From Geobacter sulfurreducens PCA (GTDB lineage Bacteria > Desulfobacterota > Desulfuromonadia > Geobacterales > Geobacteraceae): DNA of 32,000 nt. Below the pieces are notes generated by a model. That model saw only the letters and a list, made by a program, of their open reading frames with translations, was not told where the DNA came from and ran no database searches. Of the stretch, positions 1 through 8,969 are shown piece after piece (the first letter of the stretch is position 1; each line of letters opens with the position of its first letter). Position numbers and translations under genes: made by a program. The stretch lies in contig NC_002939.5 of the NCBI RefSeq assembly GCF_000007985.2, forward strand, positions 2,160,001-2,192,000, read 5' to 3'.

Positions 1-1085
1 ATGGTGGTCAGGGTAAGGTCAAGCTCGCAGGGCGGCGGCAGGGGCAGGCCGAGCGCGCCACGCATGGCCTCCAGCGCCTCGGCGAACCGGAACGGGACAT
101 CCGGGAACTCGGCGGCCACGCGGCCGAGCAGGTGCAGTACGCCTTCGATGTCCGGCCGCATATCGCGGAAATCATGATTGGTGAATGAAAGCACCACGGG
201 CTTGCCGTCCCGGGCCTCACGGAAGGCCTGGCGCACATCGTTTTCGGTCATGAGCCTGAACCGCGTGCCCACATTGAGGCAGCGCGCCACCCAGCGGCGG
301 CAGGAGCCGGGCACCTGATAATCATCGGGCGCGGGATGGAACGGCTGCCAATTCACCGGCGACCGGCGCCAGTCGCCGAATCGTCCCCCCTTGAGGCCGA
401 ACTGGGCCCTGTCGTCATCGGTCGGGACCATGGCCTGGCTGGAAAAGTCAAAGGGGATGAACTGCTCCAGGAACCAGTGACTGTCCGGCCGGATCACGTG
501 GAACCCGGGCCGGTGGGCAGACGGGAACCAGTTCCGGTCAATGACCCGTCGCGACAGGATTTGGGGCAGGCTGTCCGAATTGGCCCACCAGTGGGTTGCG
601 CAGCGATGCGCCTCTCTGTTGAAAGGGTGCGGATGGTAGTGGAAGTGGAGACCGTCCTGCATCGATCCCGTTTCACGCATCAGGTGCCGGTAGTGATCGA
701 AGACGTTGTGGTATCCCATGTCCCGCCGGCGAGGATTGTAATCGTAATCCACATGATCAACGCAGAACCAGTTGTAGACCCATCCGCCGCCGAAGGAGTC
801 GCGCACCCGCATGCGGAACTCGTCCGAGAGGCATTCCGCCAGCATGGCATCCACCTTGTCCCAGGTATCGTTGTAGGCAAGGAGATGGGGGTCCACTACC
901 TTCATTACCGCCGACTCGATCCCTCCCAGGTCCACCTCGCCGGCCTGCAGACGGCGCAGCAGGGCGGTGCTCGGCTCCAGATCGAGCTTGAAGATCGATT
1001 TCAGACGATCGAATGTGGCCTCGGTCGATTCGTGCAAAGGACCTTCGGTATCGATGCAATGAACGACATACACGGTTTCAGACAT
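1..1085 (-). CDS. Uncharacterised protein, 3' end cut by window edge; absent from the supplied ORF track
   Basis: Hand translation of the minus strand from ATG (complement of 1083-1085, GAGGTG 6 nt upstream) is open for 361 codons to position 1: MSETVYVVHCIDTEGPLHESTEATFDRLKSIF...HFHYHPHPFNREAHRCATHWW...SFTNHDFRDMRPDIEG... The + strand ORF 336..1100 is its antisense shadow. Function not recognisable. The DTEGP and His-rich motifs hint at a metal-dependent carbohydrate-modifying fold, which is a guess. Confidence 0.75.
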   Translation of the reverse strand, partial: MSETVYVVHCIDTEGPLHESTEATFDRLKSIFKLDLEPSTALLRRLQAGEVDLGGIESAVMKVVDPHLLAYNDTWDKVDAMLAECLSDEFRMRVRDSFGGGWVYNWFCVDHVDYDYNPRRRDMGYHNVFDHYRHLMRETGSMQDGLHFHYHPHPFNREAHRCATHWWANSDSLPQILSRRVIDRNWFPSAHRPGFHVIRPDSHWFLEQFIPFDFSSQAMVPTDDDRAQFGLKGGRFGDWRRSPVNWQPFHPAPDDYQVPGSCRRWVARCLNVGTRFRLMTENDVRQAFREARDGKPVVLSFTNHDFRDMRPDIEGVLHLLGRVAAEFPDVPFRFAEALEAMRGALGLPLPPPCELDLTLTT

Positions 1086-1151
1086 CAAGCTCACCTCTGA
1101 CATTCACGCGGCGCGCGCCGCCCATCCCTTGCTCATGCCGCAGTAGACGCA

Positions 1152-2204
1152 TCACACCAGATCCTCCCAGCGGATAACGTCATCTTCCTGCATGTCCCGG
1201 GCCAGTCTGCGGCCAAGGGCATAGGTCATCTCGGCGGGAGAAATGCCGGTACCGGGACGCTTGGCGTCCAGATCCGCTTCCACGAGCACATGCCCCTGAG
1301 GAAGGGCGCGGCGCGTCACCAGGCTCCGCCTGAATTTCTTGCGCTTTTCCATCTCGGCTTCGGTGACGATTCGCTTGCCGCCGCCGAGCGCTATCCGGAT
1401 GTTTCTCCCCTCCTCCACGATGGTCCGCAAATCGGTCGGCGTGGCGGAGATGGCGTGATCCCATCCCTCCATGTCCTGGTCGAGGGTGAAGTGCTTCTCG
1501 ATGACGCAGGCTCCCAAGGCGATGGCCGCGAGGGGGATGGCCGTGCCCATGGTGTGGTCGCTGAACCCGACCGGGACATCAAACGCCTGCTGGAGCGTGG
1601 CCATGTTGCGCAGATGGATCATCTCGTAGTCGGGCGGATAGATTGATACACAGTGCAGCAGCACGACCTGATCGTTACCTTCGGCACGCACGGTTTCAAC
1701 GGCCGCCTCGATTTCCGCCAGGGTCGCCATGCCGGTCGAGAGCAGCATCGGCCGCCGCTTGCGCGCCACGTACTTCAGAAACGGCAGATGGACGATATCC
1801 ATAGATGCGATCTTAAAGAAGGGCACATCCAGCGATTCCAGCAGATCGGCCTCTTCGGGCGAAAAGGGGGTGGAGCAAAAGGCTATCCCCCGTTCGCGGC
1901 AGTAGGCATGGGCCTCCCTATGCTGGTCTGTCGTGAGCTGATAGGTCTTAACCATATCCCTGAGCGAACCGAAGTGACGCTTTTTGTCGGAATACTCGGT
2001 ATTTCGCTCATATTCTTCCCGGGCGATGAGCGAGTTTTCCGTCCACGACTGGAACTTCACGGCATGGGCGCCGGCCTCGGCCGCGGCATCGATCAGTTGA
2101 CGGCAGAGGTTCATGTCTCCGTTATGGTTGGAACCGATTTCGGCAATCACATAGGGGGGATTCTCCGCTCCAACCGGAACATTTCCTAATTTCATGCTGT
2201 TCAT
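1152..2204 (-). CDS. neuB: Nonulosonic acid synthase (NeuB/LegI/PseI family, sialic-acid-synthase-like)
   Basis: 350-aa ORF. PYVIAEIGSNHNGD and AVKFQ motifs typical of the NeuB family, with a C-terminal SAF-like domain (...LPQGHVLVEADLDAKRPGTGISP...). AAAGGAGA RBS 5 nt upstream of ATG. ATGA overlap with the stop of the upstream gene. Confidence 0.9.
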   Translation of the reverse strand: MNSMKLGNVPVGAENPPYVIAEIGSNHNGDMNLCRQLIDAAAEAGAHAVKFQSWTENSLIAREEYERNTEYSDKKRHFGSLRDMVKTYQLTTDQHREAHAYCRERGIAFCSTPFSPEEADLLESLDVPFFKIASMDIVHLPFLKYVARKRRPMLLSTGMATLAEIEAAVETVRAEGNDQVVLLHCVSIYPPDYEMIHLRNMATLQQAFDVPVGFSDHTMGTAIPLAAIALGACVIEKHFTLDQDMEGWDHAISATPTDLRTIVEEGRNIRIALGGGKRIVTEAEMEKRKKFRRSLVTRRALPQGHVLVEADLDAKRPGTGISPAEMTYALGRRLARDMQEDDVIRWEDLV

Positions 2205-3136
2205 TCTGTCTCCTTTTCATGCGTCCACATGTTCTGCAACGCGGGATAGGCAACGGTTGACCACCAGAGCGGTGCCGGATCCAGCTCGTTCAGGGCACGT
2301 ACGTATTGCTCGAGCCGCGGCGGCTGAAGGACCACGCGGTGGTAGAATAGTTCGACGTCGCGAGCCACCTGCTCCACGACGGCACAACGATCGGCCAACA
2401 CGCCTTCGGTCAGCGTGGCCAGCACGACCTGAAAGTGATGTCTCACCCGCCCGCAGTCGCTGATCACCTGCGGCAGACCGAAAGGAGGCCTGACCCGCGC
2501 CATGTTGGCGCCGTGCTGCCGATAGTCCATCCTGACCGCGTTGTCAAAGTCCAGCCGTGCTCCCAGCAGCCATGCCCGCGTTGCCAGGTACCAGTCCACG
2601 AGCGCCACGTCGGATGGTATGGGCAGGCAGCGACGCAGCAGATCAGACCGGAAGGCCGTGTTGGACAGTCCGAAAACGTTGTTCCTGGGCAGCACGTCGG
2701 CGGGACCGGACTCGGGCGGTAGGCCGTAGACGAGTCCCAGGTCGCCCCCGTCCTGATCCACCAGGCGCAGGGCGCAACCGACAAGGTCGCTTGACCGGAG
2801 GGCAAGGCGGGCCGAGGCGACCCGGCTGGGATGAAGGATGTCGTCGCTGTCCACCAGCACCACACCGTCAACCACGTCCACCAGGCGCTCTAAGACCCGT
2901 TGCCTGACCTGCGCGGGAGTGTCGCCGGGGGCAGCCGGCACCCACATGGCACCAGGATCTCCACCCATGGCGTCGATGGCGGCCTCCACGGTCAGGGAGT
3001 CGAGCCCGATCCAGAGCGCCACGTCACGGTCGGCCTGCTCCCGCACGGAGCGGTACCAGTCGGGCAGAAAGGGCTCTACGCCTGGATAAATGGTTGTGTA
3101 CAGCGCCAGAGTCTTAATGGGTCTTCCCTCGCTCAT
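2201..3136 (-). CDS. Unassigned GT-A-like (DxD) protein, possible glycosyltransferase or nucleotide-sugar-processing enzyme
   Basis: ORF track gives 316 aa from TTG at 3151; the first ATG is at 3136 (start uncertain). The LALYTTIYPG N-terminus and VVLVDSDD (DxD-like) motif resemble a GT-A fold. No closer family recognisable by eye. Confidence 0.6.
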   Translation of the reverse strand: MSEGRPIKTLALYTTIYPGVEPFLPDWYRSVREQADRDVALWIGLDSLTVEAAIDAMGGDPGAMWVPAAPGDTPAQVRQRVLERLVDVVDGVVLVDSDDILHPSRVASARLALRSSDLVGCALRLVDQDGGDLGLVYGLPPESGPADVLPRNNVFGLSNTAFRSDLLRRCLPIPSDVALVDWYLATRAWLLGARLDFDNAVRMDYRQHGANMARVRPPFGLPQVISDCGRVRHHFQVVLATLTEGVLADRCAVVEQVARDVELFYHRVVLQPPRLEQYVRALNELDPAPLWWSTVAYPALQNMWTHEKETE

Positions 3137-3160
3137 CGGGCCCCGCGGCAACGGGCAGGT

Positions 3161-3868
3161 TCAGCGCCCGCCCGCGCTGTCGAGACGAAACAGGATTTCT
3201 GCCATGTCCCAGTCGTCATAGGTGTCGATATCCAGTCCCCGTTGCCAGGGTATTTCCCACCCCGTCTTCGCCGGGATGTGGTAGGTGCCCTCCCGGCGCA
3301 GCACGTCGGCTTTCGCCCACCAGATGGCGCCGGTCGGGCAGAAGAGTTCGGGCAGATCCTGGCTGCGCTGGGTCATGGCCTCCCGGAAGAGCGGATCGAG
3401 CCGGAACGAGTCGTCCCGGCGCATGGCCCACCAGGGGTTCTGCCAGCCGTAGCGCACCACGGACAACTGTGAATCAGCGCCGGACTCCAGGAACTGACGA
3501 TGACTGTCACGCACGTCGGCTGAGGTCTTGAGGGGACAGTTGGGCATCATCTGGCACACGAAGCCGTAGGTGGAGCCGTCGGGATCGAGCTTCACCAGCA
3601 TGTCCACCGTCGCTGCCGAGACAGGAGTAATGTCGTCCGCCAGGGATGCCTCCCGCAGGAACGGAACTTCCGCCCCGTGCCGTTGAGCCACCTCCGCGAT
3701 TTCCTGACAGTCGGTGCTGACCACGATCCGTTCGAACAATCCGCTGTCGGCTGCAGCCTCAACGGTGTATGCAATCAGGGGCTTGCCCATGAGCGGCTTG
3801 ATGTTTTTCCCGGGAACCCGCTTGGAGCCTCCCCGCGCCGGAATCACCGCGATACATGCGTCAGGCAT
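3161..3868 (-). CDS. neuA: CMP-nonulosonic acid synthetase (acylneuraminate cytidylyltransferase family)
   Basis: 235 aa. IAVIPARGGSKRVPGKNIKPL is the cytidylyltransferase (NeuA/LegF/PseF) signature. GGAGGAGG RBS upstream of ATG at 3868. Confidence 0.9.
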   Translation of the reverse strand: MPDACIAVIPARGGSKRVPGKNIKPLMGKPLIAYTVEAAADSGLFERIVVSTDCQEIAEVAQRHGAEVPFLREASLADDITPVSAATVDMLVKLDPDGSTYGFVCQMMPNCPLKTSADVRDSHRQFLESGADSQLSVVRYGWQNPWWAMRRDDSFRLDPLFREAMTQRSQDLPELFCPTGAIWWAKADVLRREGTYHIPAKTGWEIPWQRGLDIDTYDDWDMAEILFRLDSAGGR

Positions 3869-3889
3869 CGGTGTGCCTCCTCCCCGTTC

Positions 3890-4519
3890 TCACTTGATCC
3901 TCCTGGCCGGGCTCCCCACATAGGTTCCCGGAACCGTTATATCCCTCACCACCGTGGAGCCGGCGCCGATCATGCAGTCTTCGCAGATGGAAACGGACTG
4001 GATGACTGTGGCTCCGGTGCCGACCATGGTGTTGTGCCCCACCGCGACCCCCCCGCTGAGGGTTACCCCCGGTGCGATATGGACGTTGTCGCCGAGCCGG
4101 CAGTCGTGCTCGACCGTGCTGTTCGTGTTGAGGATGCAGGCACGGCCGGTCTCCGTGCCGCTGTTGACCACGACGCCGTCGAGGACGACCGTGCCGGCGC
4201 CGAGCGCCACGTCTTCGTTGACCACCGCATGCGGCGACACGATGACCGGGAAGTCAAAGCCGAGTCCGGAGATGTCGTCCTGCAGGGTGAGTCTCAACTG
4301 CGACGCGTCGACTTTTCCGATGCCGATAATGGCGCCACAGGTCGGATGCGTCCCGAGAAGGCCCGGCAGAACACCGTCGCCGCCCAGCCAGGGGATGCCG
4401 AGGACCGGCCCCCGATCCTGGCGGTCGGTATAGCCTGCCACCAGGCAGCCGGCCTTTTTCAGCACGCTGATGACGACCTTGGCGTGCCCGCCCCCCCCGA
4501 TCACGACAATGCTAGCCAC
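3890..4519 (-). CDS. neuD: NeuD/PglD/LegH-type sugar N-acetyltransferase (hexapeptide repeat)
   Basis: 209 aa. N-terminal IVVIGGGGHAKVV Rossmann-like segment followed by left-handed beta-helix repeats (GDNVHIAPGVTLSGGVAVGHNTMVGTGATVIQ). GTG start overlaps the stop of the upstream aminotransferase gene by 8 nt. Confidence 0.88.
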   Translation of the reverse strand: MASIVVIGGGGHAKVVISVLKKAGCLVAGYTDRQDRGPVLGIPWLGGDGVLPGLLGTHPTCGAIIGIGKVDASQLRLTLQDDISGLGFDFPVIVSPHAVVNEDVALGAGTVVLDGVVVNSGTETGRACILNTNSTVEHDCRLGDNVHIAPGVTLSGGVAVGHNTMVGTGATVIQSVSICEDCMIGAGSTVVRDITVPGTYVGSPARRIK

Positions 4520-5666
4520 GGCGCAGCCTTTCGGCGACGAAGTCGATGTCGCTTTCGCTCAGGTTGGCGCTGCACGGGATGCTCAGGGTCGCCTCCAGCA
4601 ACTGGAACGCCTTTTCTATGCGATAGTTCCGGCAGTCGCGGAAGGGGACCTGCAGATGGTTCAGGTACCAGACCGGACGGGTCTGGACTCCCTCCCCTTT
4701 CAGATATTCCATCAACTGCTCACGGTCCTTGCCATAGACGGCCGGATCTATCTGCAACGCGTACATCCAGTGGTTGTTGCGGGCATAGGCGGGGCCTTCC
4801 GCCAGGATGAGTCCGTCGATGCGGTCGATCCTCTCCTGGTAGGCGAGATAATTGGCGCGTTTCGCCTCAAGGAATTCGGGGAGCAGCTCCAACTGGGCCA
4901 CGCCGATGGCCGCCTGAACGTTGGTCAGGCGAAAGTTGTAGCCCACTTCATTGTGGACGTACCTGACCTCGTCATCCTTTGCCTGGGTGGTGAGGTACCT
5001 GGCCCGCTCGGCGTATTCGGGGACATCGGTGACGATCATCCCGCCGCCGCCGGTGGTGATGATTTTATTGCCGTTGAACGAGAAGCACCCCATGTCACCC
5101 ACGGTACCCGTGTGCTTCCCGTCCAACTCGCCGGAGCAGTAGACGGTGCCGAGGCTTTCGGTCGAATCCTCCACCACCTTGATGTTGCGCTCTCGGCAGA
5201 GGGCTACGAGCTCGCTCATTCTGGCGGCATTGCCGAAGACATGGACCGGCACGATCGCAGCAATTCGCCGTCCCGTGACCCGGCTCCAGGTACTGCCGTC
5301 CCTGAACTCGGTCTCCTGCTCGAGAAACTCGGCCGTCTTGCGGACATCGATGTTGTAGAACTCATCGCAGTCCATGAACACAGGTTCGGCGCCCAGGTAT
5401 GTAACGGCATTGACCGTGGCGATGAAAGTCAGGGTCGGCACGATGACCTCGTCACCGGCGCAGACTCCCACGATCCTGAGAGCCACCTGGAGAGCCGCCG
5501 TTCCGTTCACGCAGGCCACTGCGTGGCGGGAGCCGGTGAAAGCGCAAAAGTCCGACTCGAACCTGTCAACAAACTTGCCGGCCGAGGATACCCATCCCGT
5601 ATCCAGGCATTCCTTGACGTATTTCCATTCGTTCCCTTTAAGGGTTGGCACTGACAGCGGAATCAT
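4512..5666 (-). CDS. legC: DegT/DnrJ/EryC1-family PLP aminotransferase, LegC-like
   Basis: IPLSVPTLKGNEWKYVKECLDTGWVSSAGKFV N-terminus and SFNGNKIITTGGGG (PLP-Lys context). The track's 442-aa version carries a 58-codon extension that overlaps the upstream gene. ATG at 5666 lies 20 nt after that gene's stop, with an AAAGGGA RBS. Confidence 0.9.
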   Translation of the reverse strand: MIPLSVPTLKGNEWKYVKECLDTGWVSSAGKFVDRFESDFCAFTGSRHAVACVNGTAALQVALRIVGVCAGDEVIVPTLTFIATVNAVTYLGAEPVFMDCDEFYNIDVRKTAEFLEQETEFRDGSTWSRVTGRRIAAIVPVHVFGNAARMSELVALCRERNIKVVEDSTESLGTVYCSGELDGKHTGTVGDMGCFSFNGNKIITTGGGGMIVTDVPEYAERARYLTTQAKDDEVRYVHNEVGYNFRLTNVQAAIGVAQLELLPEFLEAKRANYLAYQERIDRIDGLILAEGPAYARNNHWMYALQIDPAVYGKDREQLMEYLKGEGVQTRPVWYLNHLQVPFRDCRNYRIEKAFQLLEATLSIPCSANLSESDIDFVAERLRRG

Positions 5667-5686
5667 CGGGTCCCTTTCGCGGTCTT

Positions 5687-6697
5687 TCAGATGTTGTAGA
5701 TATTGGCCTTGTAAGCTTTGAGATTCTCCGGTCGGACGAACCACTCGACCGTCTCGACGAGCCCCCTGCGCAATCCGTCCTTCCCGCCATAGTTCTGCCC
5801 ATGATCCAGGAGCCTTTTTGCCTTGGACGTGTCGGCCCAAAGCCGTTCGACCTCGCTCTTGTCCGGCCTGAGACGTTCCGCATCAGTCACGATCTCCACA
5901 TCGGCGCCCATGACATCGGCTATCATTCGGGCGGTCTCACCCATGGAAATCTCGAAGTTGCTGCCGATGTTTATCACTTCCCCCACCGACTTCTCGCTCT
6001 CAGCCACCGCGATGAAGCCCGCGACGGTGTCGGCCACGTAATTCAGGTCGCGGGTCGGATGCAGGGCTCCCAATCTGAGGGTACGGGCGCCGGAGGCGAT
6101 CTGGGTGATGACGGTTGGGATGAATGCCCGCGCCGACTGTCTCGGTCCATAGGTATTGAAGGGACGGATAATGGCGACGGGTGTGTCGAACGAACTGTAG
6201 AAGGACATGGCGATCTGGTCTGCACCGATCTTGGACGCGGAGTACGGTGATTGACCCTGGAGCGGGTGTTCCTCGGTGATGGGGACGAATCGGGCAGTGC
6301 CGTACACTTCGCTGGTGGACGTATGGACGACCTTGGCTACCCCCAACTCCCGGGCCGCCTGGACCACGTTGAGGGTTCCCTTGACGTTGGTGTCCACGTA
6401 GGTATCCGGTGAGTGATACGAATAGGGGATTGCGATGAGCGCCGCCAGGTGGAGGACCACGTCGCACCCCTTCATGGCCTCCCTGACCCCGTGGGGATCG
6501 CGGATGTCGCCGGCAAAGACATCCAGCGATTTCAGCAGTTCCGGGTCCAGGTGGTCAAGCCATCCCCAGGAGTTGAACGAGTTGTAGTACACGAATGCCC
6601 GCGTATCGTACCCCCGCATCAGGAGTGCTTCGGTGAGATGTGAACCGATGAAGCCATCGGCGCCGGTTACAAGTATCTTTTTGCCTTTGAGATCCAT
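5687..6697 (-). CDS. legB: NAD-dependent nucleotide-sugar 4,6-dehydratase (SDR family), LegB-like
   Basis: 336 aa. KILVTGADGFIGSHL (GxxGxxG), YSASK (YxxxK), and a YNSFNSWGWLD motif that I recall from LegB-type dehydratases. Confidence 0.88.
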   Translation of the reverse strand: MDLKGKKILVTGADGFIGSHLTEALLMRGYDTRAFVYYNSFNSWGWLDHLDPELLKSLDVFAGDIRDPHGVREAMKGCDVVLHLAALIAIPYSYHSPDTYVDTNVKGTLNVVQAARELGVAKVVHTSTSEVYGTARFVPITEEHPLQGQSPYSASKIGADQIAMSFYSSFDTPVAIIRPFNTYGPRQSARAFIPTVITQIASGARTLRLGALHPTRDLNYVADTVAGFIAVAESEKSVGEVINIGSNFEISMGETARMIADVMGADVEIVTDAERLRPDKSEVERLWADTSKAKRLLDHGQNYGGKDGLRRGLVETVEWFVRPENLKAYKANIYNI

Positions 6698-6703
6698 TAA
6701 TGC

Positions 6704-7825
6704 TCACTTTCGATGTATGGCGGGATGAACACCGTCATAGATTTCGCTGTATTTGATGGCCATCGCGCCGGCTGCGTAGCGTGTTTCGACCAAGTGTCTT
6801 CCCCGCTCCGCGAGACGCGCGGCCAGTAGGTCGTCTCCGATCAGGCGCGACACGCACCCTGCAAGGCTGCCAGCATGGCGCGGTTCAGCCAGAAGACCGG
6901 CTGCACCGCCATCCAGCACTTCGGGCACGCCCCCTACCCTTGTGGCGACAATCGGGACCCCGGCCAGCATTGCTTCAAGTATGACCATGGGAAGCCCTTC
7001 GGTCAGCGACGAGAGCACAAACGCCCGGAACAGGGGCAGGTAGCGATTGGCGTCCGGCACATATCCCGGCAGCAGCACCCTTTCCGTCAGCCCCAGTTCC
7101 CGGATCTTCGCCTCCAGGGCGTCTCGCTCGACTCCCTCCCCGAGGAGTGCCAGCCGGACTCCGGGATTCGTCTCCGCCACCTCCCTGACCGCGTCCAGCA
7201 GGATATCGAACCCCTTTTCCGGGGACAGACGGCCTATTGCGCCCAGGGTGATGCCTCCCCGGCAGAACTCTACGATCCGGGGGTCGAGGGGCACCGCGGG
7301 CCGCTCGGCCTCTCCGGCGAGCGGGATGCCGTTAGGCACCACGTGAATGCCGGGAAGGTCGATCTTCCGGCGCATGGCGTCGTTCACCATCACCACCGCA
7401 TCCACAAAGCGCAGGCTCAGTCGGTCGAGCCATTCGTAGAGGCCCATCCGGTCCATCCCGCCAGTCCAGGTCCAGCCATGAAGAGTGGTGACCATTGGCA
7501 GCCGGCGGAGCGCCCGCGGCATGAAGCCGAACAGGATATTCCCCTTGTAGCCGTGGGAATGGAGCACGTCGCATTGCTCACGCCACGCGAAACGAAGCAC
7601 GCTGAAGGCGCCGGCAATATTCGCCCCCGGCCTCATGCGAAATCTCTCCACCCGCAACCCCCTCCGTACTGCCTCCTTTTCCAGCGGTTTTTCGCCGCAG
7701 AGGGGATCGCCGATGCTGGCGATGACCGGTTCAAGCCCCATGGCGGCCTGCTCGGCAGCGAGATTGAGGAGCATGACTTCGGCTCCGTACAGGCCACCGC
7801 TGTCGATGACGTGCAAAACCTTCAT
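6704..7825 (-). CDS. Glycosyltransferase family 4 (GT-B, glycos_transf_1)
   Basis: MKVLHVIDSGGLYGAEV start and an EGLPMVILEAMLAGVPIVATRVGGVPEV (E-x7-E) motif. ATG at 7825 lies 1 nt after the stop (7827-7829) of the upstream GT2 gene. The 25-codon extension in the track overlaps that gene. Confidence 0.88.
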   Translation of the reverse strand: MKVLHVIDSGGLYGAEVMLLNLAAEQAAMGLEPVIASIGDPLCGEKPLEKEAVRRGLRVERFRMRPGANIAGAFSVLRFAWREQCDVLHSHGYKGNILFGFMPRALRRLPMVTTLHGWTWTGGMDRMGLYEWLDRLSLRFVDAVVMVNDAMRRKIDLPGIHVVPNGIPLAGEAERPAVPLDPRIVEFCRGGITLGAIGRLSPEKGFDILLDAVREVAETNPGVRLALLGEGVERDALEAKIRELGLTERVLLPGYVPDANRYLPLFRAFVLSSLTEGLPMVILEAMLAGVPIVATRVGGVPEVLDGGAAGLLAEPRHAGSLAGCVSRLIGDDLLAARLAERGRHLVETRYAAGAMAIKYSEIYDGVHPAIHRK

Positions 7826-7826
7826 G

Positions 7827-8969
7827 CTACCCCTTCCGCGGCGTCCAGATGACCTGTTTCTCCCCCCTGAGGAACTTGCCGAAGGCGTGGGCGGCGGCAA
7901 GGTTCAGCAGGAAAAAGTAGCGGGCCAGGGTGCAGAGACGGCACCCCTTGCCGGTCCGCTCCAGGTAGGGCATGGTCACCGCCGCGAGATAGCCGGCGCT
8001 CTGGAGGAGAAACAGGGCCACGTACCCGGTTCCCTTGCCCAGCAGGGCCAGGTTGGAGACATAAGCGGCCACCAGGAACAGGAAGCAGAGGTAACGCAGG
8101 GCCTTGTGCGACCAGAGCTGCCAGGCGAACAGGGGATCGTGCCACGGGGCCAGGAGCTTTCTCATGTCGAACAGGGCCCAGAAAGCCCGCAAGGAAACGC
8201 GGACCCGCATCCGGTACTCGTCGCCGGCCTCCTTGAGAGACGGCTCCCACAGGAGCGCTTCGGGCTCGTACACGACACGGTACCCCTGCTCGACGACCTT
8301 GAGCGGCTGGACAAAATCCGGGAGCTGGTCGGCATTCATGGGGCGGTAGAGCCGCTTGCGCATGGCGTCGACCCCGCCGTCCACCCCGACCACCGATCCG
8401 ATGCGGCTCTCGATGACGCGTAAATAGTTCTCATAGCGCATGTAGGTGCTGCACCCCTCGCCGATGGTGGTGCCGTCGGGATTGGCATACATCATCCGGC
8501 CGGTCACGTAGCCCACCTCCTCGTCGGCAAAGTTCGCCACCAGGTGGCGCAGGGCCGAAGGAGCATAGAGCGAATTGGCATCGGAAAAGACAATGATCTC
8601 GCCACGCGCCTGGGGGATTGCCAGGTTGAGGCCGCTTGTTTTGCCGGCGCGGGGCTCCTGGCGGATCAGCCTGACGTTCCGCACGGCATACATGCCGACA
8701 ATCTCGTCGGTACGGTCGGTAGAGCCATCGGAAACCACGATGATTTCGAGGCGGCCCTGGGGATAGTCCAGTGCCAGCTTGTTCTCAATGGTGGCACCGA
8801 TGACGTCTTCCTCGTTGTATGCGGCAATGACGATGGTAACCATGGGCTCGATGGAGCCCTTGCGAACCGGACGCCCCGCGACCAGACCGAGCGCTGCGGC
8901 CAGCACCGGGTATCCTCCATACACGTAGAACACCATGAAGAGCGATATGAGCAGCACCAGTTCAATCAT
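7827..8969 (-). CDS. Membrane-embedded glycosyltransferase family 2 (synthase-like topology)
   Basis: 380 aa. N-terminal TM helix, VTIVIAAYNEEDVI, VVSDGSTD and VFSDANS (DxD) motifs, and several C-terminal hydrophobic helices (LCFLFLVAAYVSNLALL..., YVALFLLQSAGYLAAV..., FFLLNLAAAHAF). Confidence 0.88.
   Translation of the reverse strand: MIELVLLISLFMVFYVYGGYPVLAAALGLVAGRPVRKGSIEPMVTIVIAAYNEEDVIGATIENKLALDYPQGRLEIIVVSDGSTDRTDEIVGMYAVRNVRLIRQEPRAGKTSGLNLAIPQARGEIIVFSDANSLYAPSALRHLVANFADEEVGYVTGRMMYANPDGTTIGEGCSTYMRYENYLRVIESRIGSVVGVDGGVDAMRKRLYRPMNADQLPDFVQPLKVVEQGYRVVYEPEALLWEPSLKEAGDEYRMRVRVSLRAFWALFDMRKLLAPWHDPLFAWQLWSHKALRYLCFLFLVAAYVSNLALLGKGTGYVALFLLQSAGYLAAVTMPYLERTGKGCRLCTLARYFFLLNLAAAHAFGKFLRGEKQVIWTPRKG

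Noticed and set aside
8-238. 76-aa minus-strand ORF from the track
   Set aside because: It is in a different frame from, and fully inside, the longer open frame 1-1085 on the same strand. Its Cys/Arg/Pro-rich product is not credible.
336-1100. 254-aa + strand ORF from the track
   Set aside because: It is antisense to a 361-codon open frame with an RBS and a globular-looking product. Its own product is Pro/Arg/Val/Gly-rich low-complexity sequence typical of shadow ORFs in GC-rich DNA.
5667-5840. N-terminal extensions of track ORFs (4512-5840; also 6704-7900, 11405-12688, 21273-21719, 27100-27828)
   Set aside because: The extensions overlap the preceding gene or a divergent promoter and encode Arg/Gly-rich junk. 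Internal ATG/GTG starts sit just after the upstream stop with an RBS and give canonical N-termini or signal peptides.
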